64,000 bases of DNA from Dicyema japonicum. Lineage: Eukaryota > Animalia > Dicyemida. The notes beneath the pieces were generated by a model, which was given only the letters and a program-made list of their open reading frames with translations, was not told where the DNA came from and did no database searches. Position numbers and translations under genes: made by a program. The stretch is taken from contig RDEW01000065.1 in NCBI GenBank assembly GCA_011109175.1, forward strand, positions 143,984-207,983, in the 5' to 3' direction. This document shows, piece by piece, positions 10,890 through 23,339 of the stretch (the stretch's first letter is position 1; each line of letters opens with the position of its first letter).

Positions 10890-11560
10890 TTACAAAGCAT
10901 GTGCAACTCGAGAAACTAGTAAAGTTGTCTTCCTCCTCTCGCCCCTGTCATCCAAGAATCGGGGAGCGTCAGAGGCAAAGAAGTCCTCCATGACCACGTT
11001 AGCTGGGGCATCCAGGTCCATTCTCAGAAAGGCGTATTAACCACCCAAATTATTATTGAGAGACCTTTCAAGAATGTCACCACCTCAACCAAAAATTTGG
11101 TTAACAACTTGAATGCTGTAATGTTTCAATCAACAGTTAGTAGTGTTTCGTAAACCATGAACGATAATTCCACGTCTGCAACATTATGTCCTCAGTGAAA
11201 ATTGCCATAGATATAATTTCATCAGATATTGTCAACCGACCATACGCACACACGCTCATTTTTTACTCAAATTCCACGTTATGTATCCTATCACACATCC
11301 TCTTCCAAGCTGGTTCCCCATTTAATCTATAGAACGGCAATTCTATCCGAGACGTACCACACCAGGATATACGATGGATTGCAAATCCAAGTCCATAGTC
11401 ACGACAGATTGTTAGGAAGGTAATCAGGAAGTAGTTTTCAATTTGTAATGTTACGCTGTCTGCTATTTTCGTCTTCTGTAGGCAACATATGGAAGCTTGT
11501 ATCGATCAAGGTCTTGTGCGAGCTGAATTTTTTATACATAAGATTGAGTCCTCTGTCATT
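10890..11560 (-). mobile_element. RTE-like fragments (APE N-terminus and C-terminal piece)
   Basis: ICCLQKTK...CRDYGLGFAIH; LRMDLDAPANVVMEDFF. Confidence 0.6.
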
Positions 11561-11749
11561 TAGAGTGCCAAAAGAGAACGGATTGGTAGATATCAAACTT
11601 GAAAACGACATTTGTGCAAAAGAGGCACGTCACCACCTCAACCAAATAAATTATAATATTTTATTTAACAAAATGATTCTATGCTGAATTTTTGAAATAT
11701 TTGAAAATATTTTAACATTAATAATGAAATATTTATTTAACCGAATTGT

Positions 11750-11970
11750 CGCGTGGTGCCATGTGGTGCTACGGATAGTTGTATTTTCCTTTCTTCCGAT
11801 GCGTCACTGGATCCACCTTACTGAGGAGGCGCCCAATGCCTGGCCGACATCAAGAGGATCCAACAATTCTTCCCCGGGGACAACGTCGCTATCTGGTGAC
11901 AAGTTCTGGAATGCTGGAACGAATCAGGATCGAGGAGTTAGTTTGGTTGCCCTTGGTCTTTGGAAATAAT
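11750..11970 (+). mobile_element. Short non-autonomous retroelement (pseudoknot motif plus LINE-type 3' tail)
   Basis: Closely similar to 27455-27635; tail GTTAGTTTGGTT..TTGGTCTT resembles the 3' tail of the 24170-27025 LINE. Confidence 0.75.
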
Positions 11971-12030
11971 TTTAATTTAATTTTTAATTTAATTTAACCA
12001 ATAAATATTTAAAATTAAAAAATTCTTTAT

Positions 12031-12679
12031 ATGTCAGCTGACGTGGCTAATCGGAGAAGGGCATTTCTACAAAACAAGGAGGAAAGATTGAAATTTCTAT
12101 TAAACAAACCTAATAATTACCAACAAATTTGCGCAACAAATTCAAGTAATCATAAATTTAACCCCTTCAGCAAATCATATTAATCCAGTAATTCAGATAG
12201 AAAACCCTGTAGAGGAAGACGGAGCTGCAAATCCAGAGCCAATAAACGAAATGTTTAAAATAATAGCTCAACAAACAAATCAGGAAACGGAAAAAGTCAA
12301 ACTTTCTGCGAATATAAAAATCCCGATAATGTATCCAACAATAGCATTTTTACATGCAATATTAGTTCAAATATTTTTATTATATGGAATCCACGTGGAT
12401 TACTCAGTTTTTTGTGTTCTTACGTGTAGTCTCCACTTTGTGTGTTTTCTGCAGTTCGACTTGGAGATTTACTTATTTCAGGGAATTTTAAGGTCATTTT
12501 TTTGGGTATCTTTTAAGCTTGAACAAATTGAAGGGGGATTTCTCGCACGATTCGTTCAAATCGTGAAGTTTATGGTCCATCTTTACTCGTTTTGGGTGGA
12601 AATGTCAACTTTTTTGTTTATTTTTGTGATTACTTCACATTTGTTTGTTATTACTATTGATGTTGCTAATTATTTTTGA
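12031..12679 (+). CDS. CAMLG: CAML/GET2-like tail-anchored protein insertion receptor; introns 12146-12170, 12407-12429, 12493-12517
   Basis: N-terminal MSADVANRRRAFLQNKEERLKFL matches the CAML RRRKLLxNSEQRI motif. Three C-terminal hydrophobic segments; 25, 23 and 25 nt GT-AG introns give one open frame. Confidence 0.65.
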
Positions 12680-13712
12680 TACACTGTACTTTTGATTTGT
12701 TTCATTATTTTTAAGGAACGACTGCCAACAAACACTACGGAAGTCCTAATTCGTCTAAACCTAGCAATTTTTCATCCATTATGTGATTGTGTGGAGGAAC
12801 ATTGATGGCTCTTCTGGCTTGTGTCGGGATGATATAGTTATCTAGTTGTGGTCTTAAATTGTGGTCTTTTGTAATTCAATTATTTGAGACCTTAGGTATG
12901 AATTTACTTTGATTTATTGACTAAACTGCAAATTTATGGATTGACCTTAAGAGTAATAAATTACTAATTTTATTATAATGAGGAAAGTTTATCTCAGTTC
13001 TGGTTGTTATTAACGATAAAACATGTAAGTCTCACTTAAATGGTATTTCTGTATTACCTACCATCTCGATCATTGTGAGGTACTAATAATAAACTAAATT
13101 TTATTAATTTTTCAAATACGGATAAAAGTCAAGATTGTCATCATCAAATCCTCTTGACCAAATACACTGGTGAAGATTACGAAAACTCTCAGGCCTAATA
13201 ATGAAGTGATGTTTACGACAGTAAGGCGTGTGATGAAAATGGAAGAGGACGGAACTATTTCTCCACCTCTCTTCGGAATCGCAAGTCTGTAATGGACTAT
13301 TGGTGGATGGAATTGGTTGACACAAACAGACGTTCTCCCTCAGGTTCCTTCCTTGGATTAATTAATTCTGACTGTTTGTAAGCCTTGGGTTACAGAAAAC
13401 CATCAATTTCGCCATAGGGACCACGTGTGAAAGTCATCAAGATGGAAGAGTTCGAAATTTTGATTTCTATATTAATGTTAAAATTAGATTTGGAGGATCT
13501 AGATATTGGAGTGTGTGGTGATTAATTTAGTTCATAAACATTTTTTTGTGTAATAAAGAATATTTACTTTCGATATGACTAAAAGGACATTATGGGAAAA
13601 TACGAGTGATGTATCTAGGGGCCAATTGATGTTCTAAATACTCATGAGAAGGTAATTAGCCATTTATCAGTCTATTATCTTCGCAAATTCAGGAAGTGTT
13701 GTACGTGGACTT

Positions 13713-14054
13713 AATTATGAATTACGCACTACCGCGTTGCCATAAGCACGTAGGATGCCTAGGGTTTCTCTCGTGCAGAACACACACTTTATTTAAGTAA
13801 AGAACAGTTATTTTAACTAATCGTAGAGGGAGAACCAAGGAATGCTCTTCACTTCTTTTACTTTTTCTTTTTCTTGTGTGTATGTCCTTTTGACTATCCA
13901 GTTCCGCGGTGAATCTCCACTGATGACGGCGTCACTCGTCAAGCCCTTTCCGCATCGTAGATGCGTGGAGTCTTCCACCAGGTGAACAGCAGCGAGAATC
14001 GAACCCGTGACCTAAGCCACTTTAGTCCGACACCTAACCACTATGCCACCCGGC
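13713..14054 (-). mobile_element. tRNA-derived SINE, full length (342 bp)
   Basis: A box GTGGCATAGTGG, B box GGTTCGATTC, 11-bp TSD TACGTGGACTT at 13702-13712 and 14055-14065; remnants at ~43670-43860 and ~52920-53070. Confidence 0.85.
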
Positions 14055-14439
14055 TACGTGGACTTGGAAGGAATTTTTCTCCAGATGATGCGAAGTAGTC
14101 CTTCATTATGACTTTTGCCCGTGTGATTGGGCCTTAAAATATGACAAAATAAGTTCAACATGCCTCAGTGACTAGCACACTTATGGATCAAGTTAAACTT
14201 CTTCCATATAAAGCTTTTTTTTATTCGCAACTTCAGTTTTTTTAAACGAATCGAAATTATCTGTGTTGAGCATTCGCCAGAATTAAAGATGAAGATCGAC
14301 CGACAATGGAGTTATACAGTATGAGACGGAGGGAAAGGCAAACAGATGGTTAAGACCTGGGTACATTTAAGAACGAGAGCTGCCTACAATTCTGAGTATT
14401 AATCGACTAAATGGACAAAAATTAATGGTAAGAGTAACG

Positions 14440-14886
14440 TCAGTAATAATTAAATCTCCTTTTCTGAATATTTGGGAGACTTATGGACACGGATATGTAA
14501 TTCCCGATAGTAAACCTCCTTGAATGCAATGTCAAGTCGTCATCGTCAGTCCTCTCCCCAATAATGATAGTCCCAATGTCCCTCCTCGAAAACTTGTTGC
14601 TTCTGTGGTCAGGCATAATCTCACTGAAGTTCACAACAGTCCCTCTGCGACGAATCTCCGGCTTCACCTGCCTTATCAGACAACACAGTTCCGTTAGGGA
14701 AGCATCCATCCACGTGTATATTTGGAACTCTCCTCCTGGGGCCTGATCATTTCGGAAAGAGTTCAATTCAATATGTCCTCCCATATTACAAAAAACTCTT
14801 ATCAAATGTGGACATGTGGTCTGACGGTCTACCGTGAAGGAAGTAGAGGATTCCTCAGGAATGACTAACGATTGGATCAACGTCAT
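14440..14886 (-). CDS. SAP18: Sin3-associated protein SAP18 (intronless)
   Basis: VDRQTTCPHLIRVF, EFQIYTWMDASLTEL, TLHSRRFTIGNYISVSI match the SAP18 family. Confidence 0.93.
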   Translation of the reverse strand: MTLIQSLVIPEESSTSFTVDRQTTCPHLIRVFCNMGGHIELNSFRNDQAPGGEFQIYTWMDASLTELCCLIRQVKPEIRRRGTVVNFSEIMPDHRSNKFSRRDIGTIIIGERTDDDDLTLHSRRFTIGNYISVSISLPNIQKRRFNYY

Positions 14887-14939
14887 CAAGTTTTATTTAA
14901 ATAAAATTATAATTATTATTATTATTGCTTCAACACTTG

Positions 14940-15630
14940 ATTAAGAAAGAAAGAATATTTCATCTTACTAATGATCCCAGACCGACAAAAGAGAGGTCGA
15001 AACCGGGGATGGGCATCTTCAACCGCTCTCCATAACGGGTTCAAAGTCTTCTCGTATCTCCAGTGGTTTTTGAGGTATTTGACAATGGTGTCGTAAAGAA
15101 ACGTGATTGGTCGATGCCCGGCCTCATGAATTTTCGTTTTCTGTCGAGTAGAAGTGTTTTAAGAGTCATAGACTCAGAATTAGGGCCGATGAATCTGTTG
15201 GAGGCTTCTTGGATTTTTGTCAATTTGTTCATTGAAGAATGGGAAATGATCATTGACCACGATGCAGGCACGTAGGTCAATATTGTCGGTGGATAGCGAT
15301 GAAGAATCCAGCATTTTTCCAAGAACTTTGTTGTAAAATAATTGGTTGGGGAAATTTAAAGCCGTAGTTGAGAAAACCGGGGTCAAGTGTCAAGCATTTC
15401 TTGTATGACCCCGTGCTTGGTAGTCTCTATCCTTGGCAGTGACGATAATATCGTCCGAATAGGAAAGTATGATGCAATTTTCATTTATAGGTTGCGGTAT
15501 ATCGTGTATAAATAAGGTTGAACATTGCCGGTTAACGGGGGGACATATCCTGGATGTCTCTATACATGCAGTATCAGGTTGGGTCATATACCTCTCCAGT
15601 GGAAATTGACAGAGATCAGGATAATACATA
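14940..15630 (-). mobile_element. Decayed LINE RT/3' fragment
   Basis: LSYSDDII motif and LINE-type 3' tail. Confidence 0.6.
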
Positions 15631-15659
15631 AATCTGTGAAACCTAGATACGTAACCAGT

Positions 15660-16640
15660 TATAGGCCCCCGTAAGCCTTATACCAGCAATCTCAAGAATT
15701 ATGGAAAGAATCGTAGTTAACGGTGTCTCTGAACACCTAGAACGTAGTGTTACATTAAAAGACCATCAGTGAGGTTTTCGAAAAAATCGCTTTTTTGGAG
15801 ATTGTTTGTACAATGTCAACGCGTCAATTGTGAAGGCTTTGGAAATTAAAGGATGTTTGACCGCAGTCTGCCTTGATATACCCAAAGCTCTCGACTGTGT
15901 GTGGCATCTTGGACTTTTTACTTGTTTTGCGAGATTTGGAAAGGAACTTTATTTTTGGATACGTAGTTTTGTCTCAGAGAGACGGTCAATTTTTAATTTT
16001 TTTGAAATCTGAGTCTCGTGAAATTTGGCTGACAATTGGTGTTTCTCCTGGTTCAGTGCTCAGTCCTCTATTATTCAACAATATGATGAGTGAATTTTCT
16101 TCCCCAGAAAACCCACGTACAGAAATCTTGATATACGCTGATGACGTCATAATTTATGATGTCTTTTAAACCCTTTGGTATCTGAGAAACGGTTGAAGAT
16201 ATACATGGACCAGATCAGAGTAGTGTACTGAAAATTATCTTAGTTGCACATGAGAAGTCTCGTCTGGTGAGGATAGCTGGAAGCAGGAGGCTGGTTAACC
16301 TAAAGAACACGTTACAAGACATACCTCGGAAAAAGTCTATGAAATGCCTTGGTCTCCTAATTGAAGAGGGGGTAATTTTCTGGAACATGCTAAAATACGA
16401 AAAAAAGCTACGAACGCTCTGTTTTGCGTTGGAAAATTAAAGCTCGAGCCGGAGACCTTTGTTTATGTCTTCAACTCCGCAATACTTTCTGCAATGTTAT
16501 ACGGTTTAGAAGGATGGTACTACTCAAAGAGATTTGAGAAAACGCGTAATTTTTTACAAATCTTGCTTACGGGATAAATCATCGTATGTCAATTTCCCTA
16601 TGGTTGGAAGGAAAAATGTGGAAGGTTGGCGGAACTATCA
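15660..16640 (+). mobile_element. Decayed LINE RT fragment related to the ORF2 at 5085-7625
   Basis: LDIPKALDCVWHLGL, GVSPGSVLSPLLF, IYADD, LEPETF. Confidence 0.75.
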
Positions 16641-17189
16641 AAAATCTTATTAAAAATTTCAAAAACCGCACTAAATTATCTGTCAGATATGACCCTTTGT
16701 TTACTGATTTCTGCGGGAGACTGTCGGGGTAGAAGTCCGTTGGCGAGCCCTACAAAAAACAAGTCAAAACAACTCTTTAACAAAATATCTCCGCTTGTTA
16801 CTATATGTTTGATTCTGACAGGACTTCCGTATAGTTTTCGATGGCACGAATCAAATTTTTAGGAATTCCTGCATTTTTTACTTTTGATAAATAATCTCAC
16901 GTTTCTTACTGATTTTCGTGTGTCATTCCCTTCGTTGCCTTCCAATGCAATGCCCATTTCATCAAAAGTCATTAATTTTCGATTTCATTGATTTCTCGGA
17001 CAAAACTAAATCGTCTTTCTATCGTAGACCTCCGTAATTCAAGCGTGAACAGTCTGGATTCTTTTGGAGTTATATTCAAATGAATCTACCACCGATCAGG
17101 TCCTTTAACAATTTTGTAGATTAATAAATAAATCGGAAATCCCAGTGCTTATTTAACTTTGGGTGACTGCTAGCAGTTTAAAGAAAATC

Positions 17190-17470
17190 CGAGAAAAAAG
17201 TTAGCAGTAACAACTAATTAATTGTATCCATTTTTTACTGTCACAGAAACAGTCCTTCAACGTCTCACAAGTCCATTCAGAATCAGAATAAAAAGTAAAA
17301 TACGTCCATTTCTTGCGGTCGTGGAAACCCATCCAGTGGATTGGGGGAGAACAAATAATTTTTTTCCGTACCATCATGGCACTGGGAGCCACCAGAGATA
17401 GGTGGATCACATATAGTTATCTAGTAGAAAGGGAGAGGAGGAACAGGCGAGAAACAAATAGAAATCTCCG
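17190..17470 (-). mobile_element. SINE-like element with pseudoknot motif (family of 38395 and 48362)
   Basis: Colinear similarity to 38395-38705 and 48362-48655. Confidence 0.75.
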
Positions 17471-18075
17471 AACAGAAATTTTAATTCGCCTCCTTAATTT
17501 TATATTCAAATAGAGTGGTTCTCCTTGTGCTGCGTTCCCGCTTTCCCTTCCGTATTAGCTCTTTTTTCCAGAATATAATGTGATCTTCAATGACCATAGA
17601 TAGGCCGTGATGGTGTCTATCCATTATGAAAAAATGGACTATTCTTTGAGGACATAAGTCGGGATCGAGCTTTTGGAGTCGGATCCTATCTTCAAATAAA
17701 TTACGATCAAGCTAGAGTTCTTTCCCTCAAATTTGATAACTCACATCCCCTCAGGGATCATGTCCCATTTCCTACTCTCCCAACCTATTACGTCTTTCTG
17801 TATTGAAAAAAATTTGACGGCCTCAACGCAAGACACCAAATTTACCTAACTTTACAGTCTTCTGAAAATTAAGAAAAGCCCATCAAAAGTACTCTATATG
17901 ATCTTATTTTTTACAAAAGAACTTCATTGAGGAGCAACACATCTACGCATCTTCAGATCTTTGGGCGTTTGATTTACCATTTAGTGGCATTAAGATGTTT
18001 ATTGGTGAATTAAGTAAGAAACAAAAATAGATTCAAAACAAATTAACCAAACAAAGATCGTTAGATTAAATTACA

Positions 18076-19933
18076 CTAATTAACGAAATAGAGTTTGCAG
18101 CCAATATTGGCGTCATTCGAATATATTTTTGTCACATTTTCATTTTTGGTGAGAATATAAACATGAGCTTTGCTTTCAAAATTCTCATTCTGAATTAAGT
18201 AAGTTCCATAGCCAAATTTTCCAATTTCATTAACAAAGTAGCCATAATAAAATTTTTCCATGGATGGTGATTTATATTGGATCCACCCATTGTCCAAAAT
18301 ATTCATGAAACTCAATTCTGTGTTCATCTCCAAAAAGTCACAATTCAAGGTCATCAGAGAACAGATTTTGTTATTTAGTGCCACTTCGTTAGACGGAGCT
18401 GATTTTCTACTGAGCCTCATTGGTATCACAATTGAGGTTAACAAAACTAAAAATTACTCAATTAATAAATACTGGCTACTAAGAAAAGTGATAGGACAGA
18501 TTTGCCAATAAGTGAGTTTCTTAAGCCTTGGATTTCATTTTGGCTATTTCTGCAGTGGTAGAAGTTCTGGCGATTGATGATTCGGCAGAGAATTCTGCCT
18601 GTAAAACTTCCTTCTTTGGAGTAACTTCCATAAATGGATATCTTGGAAGGCAACCAGAATCTGATTTTACTCCTCGCTTTTTAAGAAGTGTATTAAAGCA
18701 TGAATAATCTAAAAACATCACATTTAGTAAAACCTTTTACGGACTCACTTTTTGAGTAGTGATTTGGAAGTATACGCTCCAAGAGAGTCACTTGACTTTC
18801 GAATGAAGGCTTTAGGTCTGGTGTTACTGCGACAACATTTGATATCTGTGAAGTTTCTGCCAATGATTTTTCGCTTGATGTCTGTAAAGTTTCATGTGTA
18901 GATATTAGTGTCTCTTGGGAGAAATCTGAATAGGAATCAGACTGCCCTCCAGAATATGTGGTCGACTTGGCTATTGACGAATGTTCACTTGGTATTTTGG
19001 ATTTGAGGACATCTGAATAGGAAGCAGACTGCCTTTCTGAATATGTGGGCGACTTGGCTATTGACGAATGCTCACTTGGTATTTTGGATTTAAGGACATC
19101 TGAAAAGGAAGCAGACTGCCTTTCAGAATATGTGGTCGACTTGGCTATTGACGAATGTTCACTTGGTATTTTGGATTTGAGGACATCTGAAAAGGAAGCA
19201 GACTGCCCTTCTGAATATGTGGTCGACTTGGCTATTGACGAATGCTCACTTGGTATTTTGGATTTGGGGACATCTGAATAGGAAGCAGACTGCCTTTCTG
19301 AATATATGGTCGACTTGGCTATTGATGAATGTTCACTTGGTATTTTGGAATTGGGGGCATCTGAATAAGAATCAGACTGCCCTCCAGAATATGTGGTCGA
19401 CTTGGCTATTGACGAATGCTCACTTGGAATGTTGGAATTGGAAGCTGGAATCCAAGCCATACTTGAATCACTTTGAGTGGATTCTTTAGTACTCAACGTT
19501 GTAACCGAAATTGGTTGAGTTAATAAATCACTTTCTTGTAAATTTGCAAAATCTTGAGTAGTAACTTCAGTAACTACAGCTACTGAAGTGGTTGTAGTTT
19601 TAGGTTCAATAGTTGTAGTCTTCTCTATGACTGCAATGATCTCCGGTAAGGATGTTGTCTCAGGTGCAATTGTAATGGCTGGGGTTGTTTTCTCCTCTGT
19701 TGTAGTAGTTACGGAGATTGTTGGAGTACTCGTTACTTGTATAGTTGAAGGTTTATCTTCCATAATGTTATCTTCTGATTTGCCCATAATAATAAAGTTT
19801 TCAAAGGTATAAGATTGTCCAGAATCAACGTTAGAGTCAACTCTGTAAGTGTCAGATTTCCCACTTGAATCAGTCTCACTCATACTACGGCTGTCTATTT
19901 TGTTAATAAATTATATAAACCTCGTGAACTCAT
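18076..19933 (-). CDS. Orphan Ser/Thr-rich tandem-repeat protein with one predicted TM helix; introns 19895-19920, 18709-18733 and ~18447-18472, plus one probable 1-nt indel near 18530
   Basis: 396-aa open stretch; 25-26 nt GT-AG introns link frames; splicing creates KSVLSLFLVAILLTSIVIPM. Confidence 0.6.
18925..19446 (-). repeat. Coding tandem repeat, 6 x 87 bp (29 aa, SKIPSEHSSIAKSTTYSERQSASFSDVLK)
   Basis: Units start at 18925, 19012, 19099, 19186, 19273 and 19360 on the + strand. Confidence 0.95.
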
Positions 19934-20209
19934 TATTTGCTAATAAAAACGTATAAATTTTATTTTATTTGAAATGATTGTAACTCGATTTGTATATAAC
20001 ATTGTTTCTAATATTCGCCACAATTATTGCCTATTTTATGACAATTTATAAAAATAGTTACTTGGAGAGTCATATTGCCTCATAAAGAAATTATTGGTTT
20101 AAGATGTGATAATTGATTAGAATTAGCACGAACACCTTCAGGGCTTAGCACGAACTATTTTTCAGATAAGCAGGTCTCAGAAGTTATCGTCGGATTAAAG
20201 AGTTCACGA

Positions 20210-21372
20210 GCCTATGGCCATGGACAAAGTGTCATCAATTCATCTAAGCCACTATGCAATTGGCTATCTCACGCAAATCTTTAACCATTCTATAAACTAC
20301 AATATTATCTCCAAAATCTGGAAAAACTCGCGTATCACACCAATATTAAAAACTGGAAAACCGAAGAGTACCTGTTTATACAGGCCCATCTATCTAGCCT
20401 GCATGCTATCAAAAATTTTGAAAAAATGTACTCTAGCTCATTACTCCGTATCTTCATCAACCTGGATTCTAACACGGTTTTCGTCCTGTAAGATCTACCA
20501 TTACGGATTTATCTCATTGGGAAGATTTTTGATCAAAAATTATACCAAAACTTGACGCTGTGGTTGTCAACTTTCTATCTGGAAGACGTGAAAGAGTTAT
20601 CTGTGGGCATCTCATATCAAATCATCAATACTACCAAATGAAGTGGTCCAGGGTTCTCCTGGTTCTTTTCGACCTATTCCTTCAAGACTTACCAACAAAT
20701 GAGGATGAAGACTCCTTGTTACTATCATACGCGGATGATTCAATCATCGCAGCACGCAACCGTTCGACGCAAACCGCAACCTTTAATGCCCAGATGAAAG
20801 TGAATATTGTCTACGATTGGTTGATTGCCAACCGCCTTACGATTTGGGCCACAAAATTGATATGCACTTTAATCACTTCAGATCCGTCGTTGCAAAGAAG
20901 AACCGGGAATTTCATTGGGTCTGTTCAGATACCTCTAACAAGGTCTCTTTCAATATTTGGAGAACGTACAACAAGCTGTTGAATTTCAACTCCCATCCGA
21001 AGCAAGTCTTCATCAAAGACCACCTGAAAATGAACGTTGCATGTCCACTTGTTCAGAGGATCCCTTTAAATTTTGATGACTGCAGTAAACGGATGTATAT
21101 TATGCCTCTGTCGCGTGGAGATTCTTGCTATCGGAGACTATGTTCCGCAGACTCAACTCAATTTACTGAACAACCATTCTTATGTTGGGTCCTTATACTG
21201 GATTATTAGTCATTTCCCTACTCACGTAAGCTACGACCCGTAGTCGTGGATCCGGATTCCTCCCCGTCTGTGAGGAAGATGGAAATCCACTTCGCCTGTC
21301 TATCCTAATTAGTCGTCGAAGACTAGGATCACCTAATTAGTCGGCTTAACCTTTATTTCTTGGTCTTGTGTT
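20210..21372 (+). mobile_element. Decayed LINE RT and 3' end
   Basis: YRPIYL, LSYADD; ends GGATCACCTAATTAG. Confidence 0.7.
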
Positions 21373-21618
21373 TTAATAATCTGTTTTTCCAACCATACAA
21401 ACCGATGGAAAGCTATTATGTCTGCAAAGAGGGCCGCTTTCGTGGAAGGTTAAGAATTTTAGTATGGTAGATTCGTTTTTAATTATGCAGTCATGGAACA
21501 TGTTTATTAACCGTATTTCCCCCCAATCAAAATAGACTGGCTGGACATTCGAGCTTTTATAAAAATCGAGGAACTCCCCGCAAAAGGCACAGACGGAATA
21601 TGCATACAGCATCTATAG

Positions 21619-21640
21619 CAGGCATGTCAAACTCAAAAAA
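21619..21640 (+). mobile_element. hAT terminal remnant
   Basis: CAGGCATGTCAAACTC. Confidence 0.4.
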
Positions 21641-21933
21641 CTCCAGTCTTTGTTTTGTCTTAGGTGCTTTTTTTCACGACAACTTTTCTTATATCTGAAT
21701 GTATTAGCAGTTCCGATCTTACAAGTGTTCAGCCATCCTTGTTATCTACAAAGATATGTTGATTCCACGAAGGAAAACAACTGTTCACACATTGGTGGAA
21801 CCGAACATTGCCATAATCCTCGTTAAAAACTCTCTGAAGTCTGTAAACTTTCCAGGAAGGTATGAGCAGAAGCCAAGTATCCCCACTTCTAGGTATTTCG
21901 CTCTGTGTGTAGAATCAGACTGCAATTATAATA

Positions 21934-22830
21934 CAGTAAACCCCCATTAATCCGAACTTCAATAATCCGAATTTTTTGATGAGTCAGCAAAATTTTACCA
22001 AGTTTCCATAAAACAATAAACCGAAACTCCATAATCCGCAATCCGAAAGACATTTATTAAAAATTTCGGAGTAATTTATTTTGTTTTTATTGAGCATGTA
22101 CATGAATTAAGATTTTAAATTTAAAGTCTTACATGGTTAGAAAAAGGAATTTCGATTGCACAGAAAAGAAAGATTTGTGAAATAAAAAATACATTAAAAT
22201 GACAATAAAAATTTTATTCCTAATTCTTAGAGAGAAGAATTATCTCACCTTTATTTGGGAATTTCGATACTTTCAGAAATTCTAAAAAACAGTGAAAACT
22301 GTGAACTTGATAATTCGCTTGTTGAATGGATTTAAAGGATGAATGCAATCAATGGTTTTATTACTAAAGATGTCATCTCAAAAGATAAGGTATTTTGTCA
22401 AAAAATTGGAATCATAATGTTGAATTTAGTAAAGGCTAAGGAAAATTTAATCTTAAACTAAAAGTTCTTTTTTGGAGAATCTGACATTATAACACAATAT
22501 GAAATTAATTTGAATAGATCTGATTGATAATTTAAAAGAAGTACCCGGATGTATTGCTAAACATGGTTGAAACTGGAATCTTTTTTCAATCTTTCCCTTC
22601 TAGAACAATTTCATATAAAGATAGAAAAGGCATAAAGCAATAAAAGTGAGAATCACTATAGTTCTTTGTGCAACAATAAAAATTAAACTTTTTTGTTACT
22701 AGGCAAGTCAAAGACCATAATGTTTGAAAGATTTTGACTAGAAAATTATTTACTATGCAAATAAAAGAGTTTGGATGACAACAGAACTTTTTAATGCTAT
22801 CATCAGTCATCTTAGTGATGAATTAAAACA
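21934..22830 (+). mobile_element. Tigger/pogo (CENP-B-like) DNA transposon: left end and decayed transposase
   Basis: TA|CAGTAAACCCCCATTAATCCGAAC terminus; RISIAQKRKIC-like HTH, RITIVLC, YYANKRVWMTTELF. Confidence 0.75.
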
Positions 22831-22859
22831 TAATTATTATTGTCCCGGGATCACCGGTT

Positions 22860-23310
22860 AAAAGAATAAAGTTCTTAACTAACTAAGTGATCCCAGACCG
22901 ACAACTTGGGACCTGGGTCCGCCAGGGACGGCCGTCCAGAATTGCCTTTCTAAAAGGGCTAGCTTCGACTCATATCTCCTGTTTGTCTGGAGATATGAGA
23001 TGAGTAGCGCATGCAGAGGATGATCTGGTATCATTGTTCCTCTGATGAGAATTCTTTGTTTTTTGATGAAAAGATCTTCTGTAGATATAGGGGAGAATGT
23101 TGGCCCGATAATAGTCTTTGACCTTTTGAATATTTGATGGTCGATGTTCTTGAAACAAAAACCAAGCCTCACTTGCATAGAGCAACGTCGGCTGGACAAA
23201 CTGTTTGTAGATCATCTGAAGGCATCCAGCGTCACTTCTTAGCGGCTTGATAACGACTTTTAATATCGTCATTTGAACTGGTTGGTTGAATGTCACGTAA
23301 CTCACCGAAC
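22860..23310 (-). mobile_element. LINE 3' fragment
   Basis: IYKQFVQPTLLYASEAW, DHPLH; GGATCACTTAGTTAG tail. Confidence 0.7.
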
Positions 23311-23339
23311 TGGAGACATTTTGAAGAAAAGAGTTACAC

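Noticed and set aside
12100-12400. Minus-strand hydrophobic frame with only TGA stops, suggesting a mitochondrial insertion (TGA=Trp)
   Set aside because: It is the antisense shadow of the plus-strand CAMLG-like exon. An open plus frame suppresses TAA/TAG in this register, and the plus model has proper introns and a family motif
13915-13975. CTGATGA in a three-way junction suggesting a hammerhead ribozyme
   Set aside because: No GAAA after stem II and no properly placed UH site; it also lies antisense to the SINE
13985-14054. Functional tRNA gene
   Set aside because: Acceptor and anticodon stems do not pair properly, and it is the head of a TSD-flanked SINE
18925-19446. CRISPR-like array
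   Set aside because: Contiguous 87-bp in-frame coding units without unique spacers; eukaryotic context and no cas genes
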